64,000 bases of DNA, taken from assembly GCA_011048995.1 (NCBI GenBank), contig DSCS01000057.1:2541-66540 (forward strand), written 5' to 3'. This document shows, piece by piece, positions 9,111 to 18,603 of this stretch (positions are counted from its first letter, which is position 1; each line of letters starts with the position of its first letter). Position numbers and translations under genes: made by a program. The DNA comes from Bacillota bacterium. Lineage in GTDB: Bacteria; Macinerneyibacteriota; Macinerneyibacteria; Macinerneyibacteriales; DSCS01. The notes beneath the pieces are model-generated. The model was not told the origin of the DNA. It made no database searches and worked only from the letters and a program-made list of their open reading frames with translations.

Positions 9111-9786
9111 AATTGATCTCGGCATCGGAAGCGCGGTAATAAGCCGGCTCTTTTGTCAACAGGTCATCCCCCCCACGCTCTTCAAACAGGCGCATACCCA
9201 GTCGGGCCACGGCAAAAGGATCTATATGGGTATGAGATGAGATATAAGTCTCTTTTCTGCTGAATACAGACTCTATTGTTTCGCGGAAAGTTTCTCCTTC
9301 CCCCAAAAAAAGCGCCCTTCCCCCTTTCTTTTGAGCCTCTCTGAAAAAGCGCTCCGGATGATAAGAGCCGGGAGGGATCAATTCAGAAAGTGACCGGGAT
9401 CTCATTTCATAAAGAGCGGCAAAGACCTGGCCTTTTCTGGCATCGAAAAGAGGGGCGTAACATCCGTCTCCAAAAGCATACGTCTGCGCCAGAGCCTCCA
9501 GGGCATTGACTCCGCATAACGGAATATCCATGGCATAAGCAAGGCTTTTGGATAATGTCATTCCGATACGGAGTCCCGTAAACGAGCCCGGGCCTTCGAC
9601 AACGGCAATGAGTCCTAAATTTTTCAATTCGACCTGAGATTCATCAAGCAAAAAACTGATCATCTGAAGAAGTTTTTCAGAGTATGTCGCTTTGACATTA
9701 AAGGAAATCCCCATCAGAGGCTGTCCGTCACGGGTAAGAGCCACACTGCCGAAAAAGCGTGAACTGTCAACAGCCAGAGTGTACAT
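9085..9786 (-). CDS. tsaB: tRNA threonylcarbamoyladenosine biosynthesis protein TsaB
   Basis: LAVDSS, GPGSFTGLRIG, DARKGQVF, EPAYYR. Start placed at ATG 9786. Confidence 0.92.
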   Translation of the reverse strand: MYTLAVDSSRFFGSVALTRDGQPLMGISFNVKATYSEKLLQMISFLLDESQVELKNLGLIAVVEGPGSFTGLRIGMTLSKSLAYAMDIPLCGVNALEALAQTYAFGDGCYAPLFDARKGQVFAALYEMRSRSLSELIPPGSYHPERFFREAQKKGGRALFLGEGETFRETIESVFSRKETYISSHTHIDPFAVARLGMRLFEERGGDDLLTKEPAYYRASDAEINYEKNHPSS

Positions 9787-10210
9787 AAGCCCTCTCAATC
9801 CTGATTTCACGTGTTGTATCATCGACAATTGTCATCCTGACCTTCACAGCCGGGACCCCGGGGGGGATCTCCGCCTTTTCAGCCCACTCGATCACTGAGA
9901 CAATCCCCTCTTCGATATGTTCGTCAAACCCCAGCTGAAAGAGCTCCTCAGGGTCTTCGATCCGGTAAAGGTCAAAATGATTGACAGAGCCCGCAGGAGA
10001 GTCATAAATATTCAGCAAAGTGAAGGTCGGTGAGCGCACTTCTGATTCAGAGACTCCGAAAAACAGGGCGACTCCCCGGGCAAAGACGCTTTTCCCTGCG
10101 CCCAGATCTCCGTAAAGCAAAACAAGGCTCCCTTGTTCCAAAGAGGAGGCCAGCCGTTGGCCGATCTCCATTGTCTCTTCAGGAGAAAACGATTGAAAGC
10201 ACTCTTTCAT
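9767..10210 (-). CDS. tsaE: tRNA threonylcarbamoyladenosine biosynthesis ATPase TsaE
   Basis: GDLGAGKS, SPTFTL, HFDLYR, IEWAE. Confidence 0.93.
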   Translation of the reverse strand: MKECFQSFSPEETMEIGQRLASSLEQGSLVLLYGDLGAGKSVFARGVALFFGVSESEVRSPTFTLLNIYDSPAGSVNHFDLYRIEDPEELFQLGFDEHIEEGIVSVIEWAEKAEIPPGVPAVKVRMTIVDDTTREIRIERAYVHSGC

Positions 10211-11646
10211 GGCAGGTAGTTTAATCCTTTATCCGTCATCACTAAAACCCCCGTTTGAAACGGATAGACTTTGAGAATCCGGGAGGAGCGGAGGCCGTCC
10301 TCTTCAGTCAAAACACGGAATTGCTCCTTTTTGATATCAATAATATAAAGCCCTGTCTCCGTTGCCGCATAGAGGAAACTGTCTTTGACAAGAAGATCTG
10401 ATACGCCCTCTCTCATGGCCCGGATCACAGAGATATCCCGTGTTTGTAAATCATAGGTGATTATCCCCGCGTTTCCGCAAATATACAGGATATCGCCATC
10501 CCGTTGCATCTCATTCAAGAAATCATTCCACAATGTCGAAGCACTATACGTGTAAAGAGATTTTCCGTTAAGGTCTGTAATGACCAGACGGTCACGGTGA
10601 AGGAGTATGATATTATTTTCGGATATATCAAACCGGGCAACGTTAAAAAAGTCGATGCCGCGTATCTCCTTTACCTTTCGGGGATCATTCACCAAAAACG
10701 AATTGATGCCGTATTTAGACAAGAGATACAGCCGCCTTCCCCGGGATTTCAAAGAAATGATATTATTGTCCAAAAGGCCGGCATCGGCTTTAATAACCGG
10801 CTGCAGCCTCCCGTTCACATAACGGGCCGCACCGTTGTTTTTCGTAGCCAGCCACAGTTGAGAATCGATCCAAAGCGCATCGTTGACATTATCTTTAAGT
10901 TCTGCATCCCGGACAAAAGTAAAAACCCCTTTTTGGTAAAGATTAAGATGATCTCCGACAAACCAGATCTGCTCTTCTCCGGCAAAAATAATATCGGAGA
11001 CATGGCGGCCGTATAAAGCCCCGTTATTTTTTAAGGCATACGAGGATGATGAAGAGAATGTCATCAAATACCCTTCTGCGGTGATAAAGACACCTTCGCC
11101 GTTTTGCAACACCTCATGATCCGTAATCTCCATGAGACGGCCGGTCTGAGGATCCACCGGGGGGAAATGCGGCGCTCCTTTACGAAACACAGTCACCGGG
11201 ACAGCTTCCCCCGGCGTCCATTCGAAGCGGCTCCAATCATAGGTCCAGCTCCCATTTCGGGAACGGACAGAAAAAAGCTGCTGATCATAACCGCCGTGTG
11301 TCACCGGCCCTAATGACTCTCTTATCTTTTCCCAAGTCTTATCTCCCCGCCTTCGGTAAACACCCCGATCCGTAAAGGCAAAGATATGGGGAAGATCTTT
11401 TCCTGCGATTAAAGCGTAGACGAGATGTCCTTCAAGCAAAGTCTCCGGGTCTCCGTGAAAACGAAAAGCGCGTTCGGCTCCGTCAAAGACAAGAACCCCG
11501 TTATCAGTGCCGCAGTAAATCAAAAAGGCGTCTGAAACCACGTCATAAGCTTTCTGATATGAAACAAAAACCTCGATATTTTGAGCTCCTGCAAACAGAA
11601 AACAGCAGAATGCTGCAAAAATCAAGACCGCAGCCTTTCTTTTCAT
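10207..11646 (-). CDS. Secreted beta-propeller repeat protein (two-component-regulator propeller-like)
   Basis: Signal peptide; repeats YCGTDNGV, LWLATKNNG, LYAATETGL, EDGLRSS, MTDKGL. Confidence 0.65.
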   Translation of the reverse strand: MKRKAAVLIFAAFCCFLFAGAQNIEVFVSYQKAYDVVSDAFLIYCGTDNGVLVFDGAERAFRFHGDPETLLEGHLVYALIAGKDLPHIFAFTDRGVYRRRGDKTWEKIRESLGPVTHGGYDQQLFSVRSRNGSWTYDWSRFEWTPGEAVPVTVFRKGAPHFPPVDPQTGRLMEITDHEVLQNGEGVFITAEGYLMTFSSSSSYALKNNGALYGRHVSDIIFAGEEQIWFVGDHLNLYQKGVFTFVRDAELKDNVNDALWIDSQLWLATKNNGAARYVNGRLQPVIKADAGLLDNNIISLKSRGRRLYLLSKYGINSFLVNDPRKVKEIRGIDFFNVARFDISENNIILLHRDRLVITDLNGKSLYTYSASTLWNDFLNEMQRDGDILYICGNAGIITYDLQTRDISVIRAMREGVSDLLVKDSFLYAATETGLYIIDIKKEQFRVLTEEDGLRSSRILKVYPFQTGVLVMTDKGLNYLP

Positions 11647-12209
11647 CAGTATCCTCCCCCTATATGCTCAAGACAGATTTTGATTCCCAGGCCGATAAGA
11701 ATGACTCCCCCTATAATATTGATCTTTGGGCCGAATATCAATCCAAAAGCACGCCCCATATAGACAGCAATCCATGACAAGAGGAATGTCACTCCTCCGA
11801 TCATCAAAACCGGCCAAAGGATCGCCACATCCAAAAGGGCGAATGTCAGGCCTAATGCCAAAGCATCAAGACTTGTCGCGATCCCTAAGGCAAAGAGAAC
11901 CGCCGGAGCCAGGATCTGACAAGCCGGCTTTGTTTTTGCTGCACTTCCTTCTTTAATCATATGGATTCCGACCAGAAGAAGCAACCCTAAAACGACCCAA
12001 TGGTCAACGGGCCGGATGACAGGAGCCAGAACACGTCCGGCGTACCACCCGGCTACAGGCATAGCAGCCTGAAACAGTCCGAAAGTGCCGGCGATAATAA
12101 GAGGATGACGGAATTTCAAGCTTTTCAAACTGCACCCGTAGGCCAAAGAGACAGCAAAGGCATCCATGGCCAGGGAAAGGGCGATCAGAAGGAGAGGGAC
12201 CAGAGCCAT
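11646..12209 (-). CDS. mntP: Manganese efflux pump MntP
   Basis: LSLAMDAFAVS, FGLFQA, DHW, ATSLDAL. Confidence 0.9.
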   Translation of the reverse strand: MALVPLLLIALSLAMDAFAVSLAYGCSLKSLKFRHPLIIAGTFGLFQAAMPVAGWYAGRVLAPVIRPVDHWVVLGLLLLVGIHMIKEGSAAKTKPACQILAPAVLFALGIATSLDALALGLTFALLDVAILWPVLMIGGVTFLLSWIAVYMGRAFGLIFGPKINIIGGVILIGLGIKICLEHIGGGY

Positions 12210-12212
12210 GTT

Positions 12213-13322
12213 TTATCTTTCCGCTCTTTGTAAATGCTCCAAATAACAGAAAATAAACATATCAATATCGCCGTCGAGCACGGCATCCACATTGCCTGTT
12301 TCTACATTGGTTCTGTGATCTTTGATCATCTTGTAGGGATGAAGGACATAGGAGCGGATCTGACTCCCCCAGGCATTATCTTTTTTTGAATTTTCCACTT
12401 GGGTTTTCGCCGCCTCCAATTTTTCCATTTCAGCCTGATAAAGCCGAGCCTTAAGCATTTTAAAAGCCTGCTCTCTATTCTGTATCTGGGATCGCTCATT
12501 TTGGCATTGGACGACAATATTTGTCGGTAAATGAGTGATTCTGACAGCTGAATCTGTCATATTGATATGCTGTCCTCCCGCTCCGGAAGCACGGAAGGTA
12601 TCAATTCGCAGATCCTTTTCATTGATCTCGATCTCGATCTCATCATCAAGCTCGGGGTATACAAAGACGGAAGCAAAGGAGGTATGCCGCCTTTTGTTCG
12701 AATCAAAAGGGCTGATCCGCACAAGGCGATGGACACCGTTTTCCGTTTTCAAATACCCATGAGCATAAGGCCCTTTGATAAAGAGGGTCACGCTTTTTAT
12801 CCCGGCCTCTTCGCCATCCTGATAATCGATGATCTCAACCCCATATTTTCTGTAATCAGCCCAATGCTGATACATCCGCATCAGCATAGAAGCCCAGTCC
12901 TGCGATTCTGTGCCCCCGGCTCCGGGATGAATCTCTAAATACGCATTATTGGCATCATTCTTTTCACTGAGAAGGCTTTGAAGCTCTGCATTCTTCAATT
13001 CTTTTTGAAAAGAGGCAAGGTGTTTTTCAAGATCCGAGGACATCCCCGGGTCAAACTCCTCTTCTAAGAGATCAGCCAATAAAATGATTTCATCGTAAGC
13101 ATCCCGTATCTGTTGAAAACGGGCGATCGTGTCCTCCAAAAGACGCAGCTCACGTCCCAGTTCTTTTGTTTTTTTCTGATCCGACCAGATTTCTTCACGG
13201 GTCATCATCTCACGGATCTCTTCAGCTCGGGACCAAGCCGCATCCACTTTTAAAAACTCTTTCAGCTTTTCGACTTTGGGCCGGGACTCTTCGATAATGT
13301 TCCGGGCTTCAAATAATTCCAT
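12213..13322 (-). CDS. prfB: Peptide chain release factor 2, continuous reading frame
   Basis: [17 protein letters not shown] (SPF recognition loop), [14 protein letters not shown]. Confidence 0.96.
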   Translation of the reverse strand: MELFEARNIIEESRPKVEKLKEFLKVDAAWSRAEEIREMMTREEIWSDQKKTKELGRELRLLEDTIARFQQIRDAYDEIILLADLLEEEFDPGMSSDLEKHLASFQKELKNAELQSLLSEKNDANNAYLEIHPGAGGTESQDWASMLMRMYQHWADYRKYGVEIIDYQDGEEAGIKSVTLFIKGPYAHGYLKTENGVHRLVRISPFDSNKRRHTSFASVFVYPELDDEIEIEINEKDLRIDTFRASGAGGQHINMTDSAVRITHLPTNIVVQCQNERSQIQNREQAFKMLKARLYQAEMEKLEAAKTQVENSKKDNAWGSQIRSYVLHPYKMIKDHRTNVETGNVDAVLDGDIDMFIFCYLEHLQRAER

Positions 13323-13325
13323 ATC

Positions 13326-14006
13326 CTACTCCTCCGATGCCTTCCTCATCTCCTGTTGGAGGTGACTCAACATCATACTGTAATTTTTATTTTCTGGCTC
13401 ACACTCCACAGCTATGGAAATCTCACGCAACCCGTTGCTTTTGTCACCCTCTTTAAAGAGAAGAAGGCCGTAAAGATAATGAGCCAAAGCGTTTTTCCCG
13501 TTTGCCGCGACAGCCTCCTGTAACGATTTTCCGGCAGCTTCATTGTTCCCGCTCCGGGACTCCTCTGCCCCTTTTTCAGTCAATTCCACCGAGCGGACAT
13601 AGGCTTTCCGCCACTCTTTATTGAACACTTTATCCCTGCGTTTTTGGACAAAATAATTAAAGGGCTCGGCTTCCAAAGCCCGGCTCACGGCTTCCTCGGC
13701 TTTTTTCCATTCCTTTTTCCTCAGATAGACTTCAGAAAGAAGAGAAAAGCTGTTTATGCTTTTGGGGTTCAATTGAGTGGCCTTTATAAAATATTCTTCG
13801 GCTTTTTCAAAATTCTTTTCTTCAAAATAGATCGTCGCAATATTATGAAAAATCATATAGTTGACAAAGCGATGCTCTTCCAGAGCCAGATAAAGCTCTT
13901 TAGCACGCTGATGATCCCCTTTTTTTAAAGCCTCATTGCCCTGCCGTGTCAGTCGGCGTGCTTTGAACAAACGGGGATACAAAGCTAATTTTTTAAAGAA
14001 ATTCAT
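13326..14006 (-). CDS. Tetratricopeptide repeat protein
   Basis: TPR-like helices (AEEYFIKATQLNP, ALEAEP, AVECEPEN); GGGAGG RBS. Confidence 0.8.
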   Translation of the reverse strand: MNFFKKLALYPRLFKARRLTRQGNEALKKGDHQRAKELYLALEEHRFVNYMIFHNIATIYFEEKNFEKAEEYFIKATQLNPKSINSFSLLSEVYLRKKEWKKAEEAVSRALEAEPFNYFVQKRRDKVFNKEWRKAYVRSVELTEKGAEESRSGNNEAAGKSLQEAVAANGKNALAHYLYGLLLFKEGDKSNGLREISIAVECEPENKNYSMMLSHLQQEMRKASEE

Positions 14007-14164
14007 GAAACCTCCCTTTTCTCTTCAGGGATAATACCTCTTTAAGCCTTTTTTTCAAGATATTTCACACTTAAACACTGAAAAACAGCACATTACCCCT
14101 TTTTTTTTCTCTGCAACAATGTTCCCTTTTTTGCGTATACAAAATAAGAACCCGCATTAAGGTA

Positions 14165-14896
14165 ATGGGAATGAAAACAGATGTTTTGATTGTAACCGCT
14201 CAACAGCGGACGGGCTTACATCTCCAAAAATCACTTCGCCTTGTTCCGGGTCTTTCCATTAAAGGGCCTGTTCACTCTTCTCACAAACTGCTTTTTTTTT
14301 TAACAGAATACTCCCCGGTCCTGGCTCTCATCTTTCTTTGTCCTGTAACCGAGAAATGGCTTCGCCTTCTTTTCCATGCTCCCCGCTACCCTCAGGTCAT
14401 CTTTACTGCTTCACACTCCTCTTATGCCCCTTTGGCCTATACTTATAATTGTGCGGGATATCTTGTGGAACCCTATTCAGAGAGAGACCTCTGTCACACC
14501 GTAAAAAAGGCCCTGATCAGGGGAAGAATATGGGAACATGCCCGAGAAGCCGATACGGAATCTCTCTTTCCTTTGTCCGGAAAGCAAAAAAATCATACCC
14601 GTTTTTTTCACCCCGGAGAAATCGATTATTTTAAGGCGGAAGATAAATATGTCTTTATTTTTTCAGGAAAAAAAAGGTACTTTTGCCCCTATAGCCTTAA
14701 AGAGCTGGAAGGAATTCTGAAGAGAGACGATTTTTGCCGAATACGGCGAAACCTCATCATCAGCCGTCATGCTGTTCATAACGCTGTAAAAGAAAGCCCC
14801 CGTGATATCTACATTTCACTGAGAACATTCGGAAAACCCGTACTCAAAGTCGGACGCTTCTATATTCCCCGGACACGAAAATGGTTAGGCCTTTAA
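14165..14896 (+). CDS. LytTR-family regulator with degenerate (pseudo-)receiver domain
   Basis: C-terminal IDYFKAEDKYV, SLKELE, FCRIRRNLII, LKVGR. Receiver fold recognisable (PQVIFT, AGYLVEP) but acidic pocket absent. Confidence 0.8.
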   Translation: MGMKTDVLIVTAQQRTGLHLQKSLRLVPGLSIKGPVHSSHKLLFFLTEYSPVLALIFLCPVTEKWLRLLFHAPRYPQVIFTASHSSYAPLAYTYNCAGYLVEPYSERDLCHTVKKALIRGRIWEHAREADTESLFPLSGKQKNHTRFFHPGEIDYFKAEDKYVFIFSGKKRYFCPYSLKELEGILKRDDFCRIRRNLIISRHAVHNAVKESPRDIYISLRTFGKPVLKVGRFYIPRTRKWLGL

Positions 14897-15724
14897 TCCC
14901 CAGGTTCCGTAGCTCACAAAAGAATCCATGCCGGCCGCCGGATACATGTCATAGCTGGTGGTGTATTCCAGAAACCGGATCTCTCCCTTCTGAAACAACC
15001 CTGTCAGTAAAGCCATACCTCCCGGGCCGCAGGCCGAACGGCTTTTCAGAGAATACGGAATAAGGTCCCGGTACTCTCCGCGGGTGACTTTCTCAATAAA
15101 AACGGGGTCCTTTTCCCCTGTCACATAGGCATATCCCGAAGCCCCGCTTCCATGGGAGATATCTCCGTATTGGAACCCGTAATGGGTCAAGTCACTGCTG
15201 GCTATAAAACGGATTTCAGGCCTTTTTTTTAAAAGGTGATGAAAAAAACCCACATAACGGTCCAGATTGCTGTGAACACCCGGTGGAACAGCGATGGGGA
15301 TAATGGAGCATCGGGGAGCCAGGAAACGCAAGAAGGGGAGCTGGACTTCCAGTGAGTGCTCTCCCTCATGGGGCCGGGATGAAAAAGAAAAAAGAGGTGT
15401 CTGAAAATTATCATTGATCAATTCATCCGCCACAGGAATATCGCCCAGCGGAGTCTCCCAAGCGCCCTCAGGGTAGATTGCAGGTTTTTCAATATCGGCT
15501 GTATGCACAGCTCCGAAAAGGACAAAGACCGTATCCTCGTTCATATCCAATGCATTGAGTGCCCGCAAGGCGGCTCCTCCGGAAAAAGGCCATCCTGCAT
15601 GAGGCACAATAACTCCCTGAAATCCTTTCGGGGCGCTCCCTTTTATCTCCCGGGCAATAAAGGTCTCGATAGCGGAAGCGCTTCCGGGATAAAACTGGCC
15701 CGAAACGGCAGCTTTCCTCCTCAT
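14885..15724 (-). CDS. amrB: AmmeMemoRadiSam system protein B (MEMO1 family)
   Basis: RKAAVSGQFYP, VPHAG, WETPLG, EHSLEVQLPFL, ASSDLTHYG, ACG. Confidence 0.92.
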   Translation of the reverse strand: MRRKAAVSGQFYPGSASAIETFIAREIKGSAPKGFQGVIVPHAGWPFSGGAALRALNALDMNEDTVFVLFGAVHTADIEKPAIYPEGAWETPLGDIPVADELINDNFQTPLFSFSSRPHEGEHSLEVQLPFLRFLAPRCSIIPIAVPPGVHSNLDRYVGFFHHLLKKRPEIRFIASSDLTHYGFQYGDISHGSGASGYAYVTGEKDPVFIEKVTRGEYRDLIPYSLKSRSACGPGGMALLTGLFQKGEIRFLEYTTSYDMYPAAGMDSFVSYGTWGLKA

Positions 15725-15733
15725 ATCCCCCTC

Positions 15734-18538
15734 CTATTCAAATAGTATTTTCAGGTCTTCCCATGACATTGTCTTCATAAAAGCTGTGTCGGTAAAATCA
15801 AGGGCGTGGAACATTTCGCTCTTTTCTTCCTGCATTTTTATAATCTTCTCTTCAATCGTCCCTTCCGTCATCAGTTTATAGACGTTCACCGCCCGGGTCT
15901 GTCCCATACGATAGGCTCGGTCTGTCGCCTGACGCTCGACCATAGGGTTCCACCAGGGATCAAAATGAACAACGACATCCGCCCCTGTGATATTCAGCCC
16001 TGTCCCTCCGGCTTTGAGGCTTACAAGGATTATCGGAATATCTTCATTTTCATTGAAACGGTCCACGATATCCACACGGTTAGAGGTCTTTCCGTCAATG
16101 TATTCAAAGGGAATCTTTTCCTTCCGCAGATCGCCCCGGATGATATGAAGCATTTTCACAAACTGGCTGAAAAGAAGAATGCGATGGCCTCCGTCGATAG
16201 ATTCAGCCAGAATCTCACGGAGCAGATCCATCTTGGCAGAAATATCATCCCTCTCGGCCAACTCAGGGTAGATCATTCCCGGATGATTGCAGATCTGGCG
16301 CAACCGGATAAGAGCACTCAAAATATGCATACGGCTTTTGACAAATCCTTCTTTTTCGACCAATCCGAAAATCTCGCTGCGTATCTCGGAAAGAATCCGT
16401 TGATACAGCTCCCTTTGTCCTTCTGTCAAAGGCACCACGGAGATCTGTTCAATTTTCGGAGGAAGCTCCGTCAAGACTTCTTCCTTGGTGCGTCTCAGAA
16501 TAAAGGGTTTGATTTTCAGATTCAGTTCGACAAGGACCTCTTCATTTTTTTCCCTGACGATCTCTTTATCGTAATGGTCCACAAAATGGCGCCTTGTCCC
16601 CAAATAACCGGGCATAATAAAATCAAAAATCGACCATAATTCCCGGATCGAATTTTCCATGGGGGTTCCGGTCAGCACCAATCGGAACATCGCATCCAGT
16701 TTTTTTACACTTCGGGCGACTTTTGTCTGATAATTTTTGATATGCTGCGCCTCGTCCAGGATGACATAGTGATAGACTTTTTCTCCGTAAAGGTCAATAT
16801 CATTGCGTAAAAGAGAATAGGATGTAATAAACAGATCCGTTTCGGAAGAGCGGGATAAAATCTCCTCACGGGCGGCACGATTCCCCTCGACGACCACACA
16901 TTTAAGCTCCGGCGTAAACTTTTTTACTTCTTTGACCCAGTTATGCATGAGTGATTTGGGACAGACAACAAGAGAGGGCAACGGGCTTTTGAGAGAGCTG
17001 ATCATGGCCAGAGCCTGAACCGTCTTCCCCAAGCCCATATCATCGGCCAATATGCCGGAAAGCTTGTAGCGATGAAGAAAGTGAAGCCAGTAAAAGCCCT
17101 CTTTCTGATAAGGCCTGAGGATGTGATCCAGAGATTCAGGGACCTTGACTTTTCGTATTCCCTTGACATCCATCAGTTCCTCATAGAGGGCTTTAAACCT
17201 GTCATCCCCCCGGATCTCAATGTCCCGGTTCTTTTTGACATAATTGATCAAATGAGGAAGATAATATATTTTATGGCGAAAGTTTTCTTTTTTGTCCAAA
17301 GACAAAGAGAAAGCCTCTTTAAACTCATTGATAAATTGGCGTATCTCTTCTAAATTGACAAGTTTCAATATACGCGTTCGGTCTAATTTGATAAACGGGT
17401 CGCCTTCACGAATGTGCTTTTTGAGTGTTTCCGGGCTGAGCGAATAATCCTCCTTCAAACGGCATCCGAAGTTAAGAGAGAAAAAAGACTCTTCTTCCAG
17501 AGAGATCTCTAATACAGGCCTTATCGTCACATTAAAAATCCGGATCTGCCGAAATTCAGGTGTCAGCTTTTTGGCCCAGTCAGAAGGAATGCGTCTAAAG
17601 CCGTTGATAAGGAAGTCAATAATATCGTCATTCTCCTTAAGCACAAAATAACCGTCTTCCCATTTAAAATTATATTGGAAAAAGAAAAGAAACAGGCGCC
17701 GCTCCTTTTTGGGGTCCCGCCGGATAAAATAGATCTGCTCATCGACAGATTTCACAATGTAGGGGCCCTTTTTTATGATGTCATTATACGTGAACTCCAT
17801 CTTTCCATAATGATAGACAGGGTCGATCTTTATGATTCCGTCATCATAATCCAATCTGAGCTCAATATGAAGCTGGTTATGATGGATCTCTACCCGGCAG
17901 ACCCGGTCTTCCCACTGAAAATCAAGATAGCGGTTCCAGTAATTATGAAAATTATCGATAAAATCAAAAAGTTCGTCATCCTGAAATGTGTTCCCCCTGG
18001 TCAAAATCGTATCCCACAATGGCTGGGAGTAAACCGGCAGCAGGCGGGCCAGAAGGCGCCCGCTTAAGTACCATTTTTCTCCCCCGAAGGAGAGGATCCG
18101 GGATTCTGATTCTTTTTCAGGGAAAACCTCGATCTTTTCCGAACTGCACCTTATGCGCACTGCCGGTTTTTCGAATTTATCTTTTACCGTCAACGGGATT
18201 TTATCAGAAAGAAGATAGACATGGGGATAACCGATAAGAAGATTTAAAAATTCGCGGGCATAGGGCCCATGAAGCACAAATGCCTTGTTTCTGTATTTAC
18301 CGAATTTGAGCAGATGCTCTAAAACCTGGCGCTGCCCACTGCTGAGGTCTCCGATAAAAGCTTGAGCCTCTTCTTCGGCAAAAAAATTTTTGGCAGCATT
18401 TTCGGCATGACTGATAAATTCCAGAAGCTCATTTTGCAATAACAGCCAATCTTTATGAGGCCCGGGCTTGACTGTTACGAATATATCGCTGATCGTGTCT
18501 TCTATACCGATATAGAAAGGCAGGGGTTTTTCTGTCAT
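15734..18538 (-). CDS. SNF2-family helicase-like ATPase
   Basis: LRPYQ, LADDMGLGKT, LDEAQ, LTGTPMEN, FSQF, SLKAGGTGLN, QATDRAYRMGQ. Confidence 0.93.
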   Translation of the reverse strand: MTEKPLPFYIGIEDTISDIFVTVKPGPHKDWLLLQNELLEFISHAENAAKNFFAEEEAQAFIGDLSSGQRQVLEHLLKFGKYRNKAFVLHGPYAREFLNLLIGYPHVYLLSDKIPLTVKDKFEKPAVRIRCSSEKIEVFPEKESESRILSFGGEKWYLSGRLLARLLPVYSQPLWDTILTRGNTFQDDELFDFIDNFHNYWNRYLDFQWEDRVCRVEIHHNQLHIELRLDYDDGIIKIDPVYHYGKMEFTYNDIIKKGPYIVKSVDEQIYFIRRDPKKERRLFLFFFQYNFKWEDGYFVLKENDDIIDFLINGFRRIPSDWAKKLTPEFRQIRIFNVTIRPVLEISLEEESFFSLNFGCRLKEDYSLSPETLKKHIREGDPFIKLDRTRILKLVNLEEIRQFINEFKEAFSLSLDKKENFRHKIYYLPHLINYVKKNRDIEIRGDDRFKALYEELMDVKGIRKVKVPESLDHILRPYQKEGFYWLHFLHRYKLSGILADDMGLGKTVQALAMISSLKSPLPSLVVCPKSLMHNWVKEVKKFTPELKCVVVEGNRAAREEILSRSSETDLFITSYSLLRNDIDLYGEKVYHYVILDEAQHIKNYQTKVARSVKKLDAMFRLVLTGTPMENSIRELWSIFDFIMPGYLGTRRHFVDHYDKEIVREKNEEVLVELNLKIKPFILRRTKEEVLTELPPKIEQISVVPLTEGQRELYQRILSEIRSEIFGLVEKEGFVKSRMHILSALIRLRQICNHPGMIYPELAERDDISAKMDLLREILAESIDGGHRILLFSQFVKMLHIIRGDLRKEKIPFEYIDGKTSNRVDIVDRFNENEDIPIILVSLKAGGTGLNITGADVVVHFDPWWNPMVERQATDRAYRMGQTRAVNVYKLMTEGTIEEKIIKMQEEKSEMFHALDFTDTAFMKTMSWEDLKILFE

Positions 18539-18603
18539 ATCACCATCTCTTCACTGTTTTATCTTTCACTTTACCCCTAATCCCCTCTTTGTGCAAGTTT
18601 TCC

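Noticed and set aside
9085..10210. tsaE-tsaB-rimI without tsaD
   Set aside because: tsaD is often located elsewhere, so absence from one window is uninformative.
12209..12260. Possible yybP-ykoY manganese riboswitch upstream of mntP
   Set aside because: mntP starts 3 nt after the prfB stop, leaving no room, and no motif was seen.
14060..14100. Possible LytTR direct repeats (CACACTTA / GCACATTA)
   Set aside because: The match is too weak to separate from chance.
15806..16639. 277-aa plus-strand ORF, and similar ones at 24343-24996, 33145-33726, 39898-40536 and 54255-54821
   Set aside because: All lie antisense to well-supported conserved genes and carry no recognisable motifs, so they are treated as shadow ORFs.
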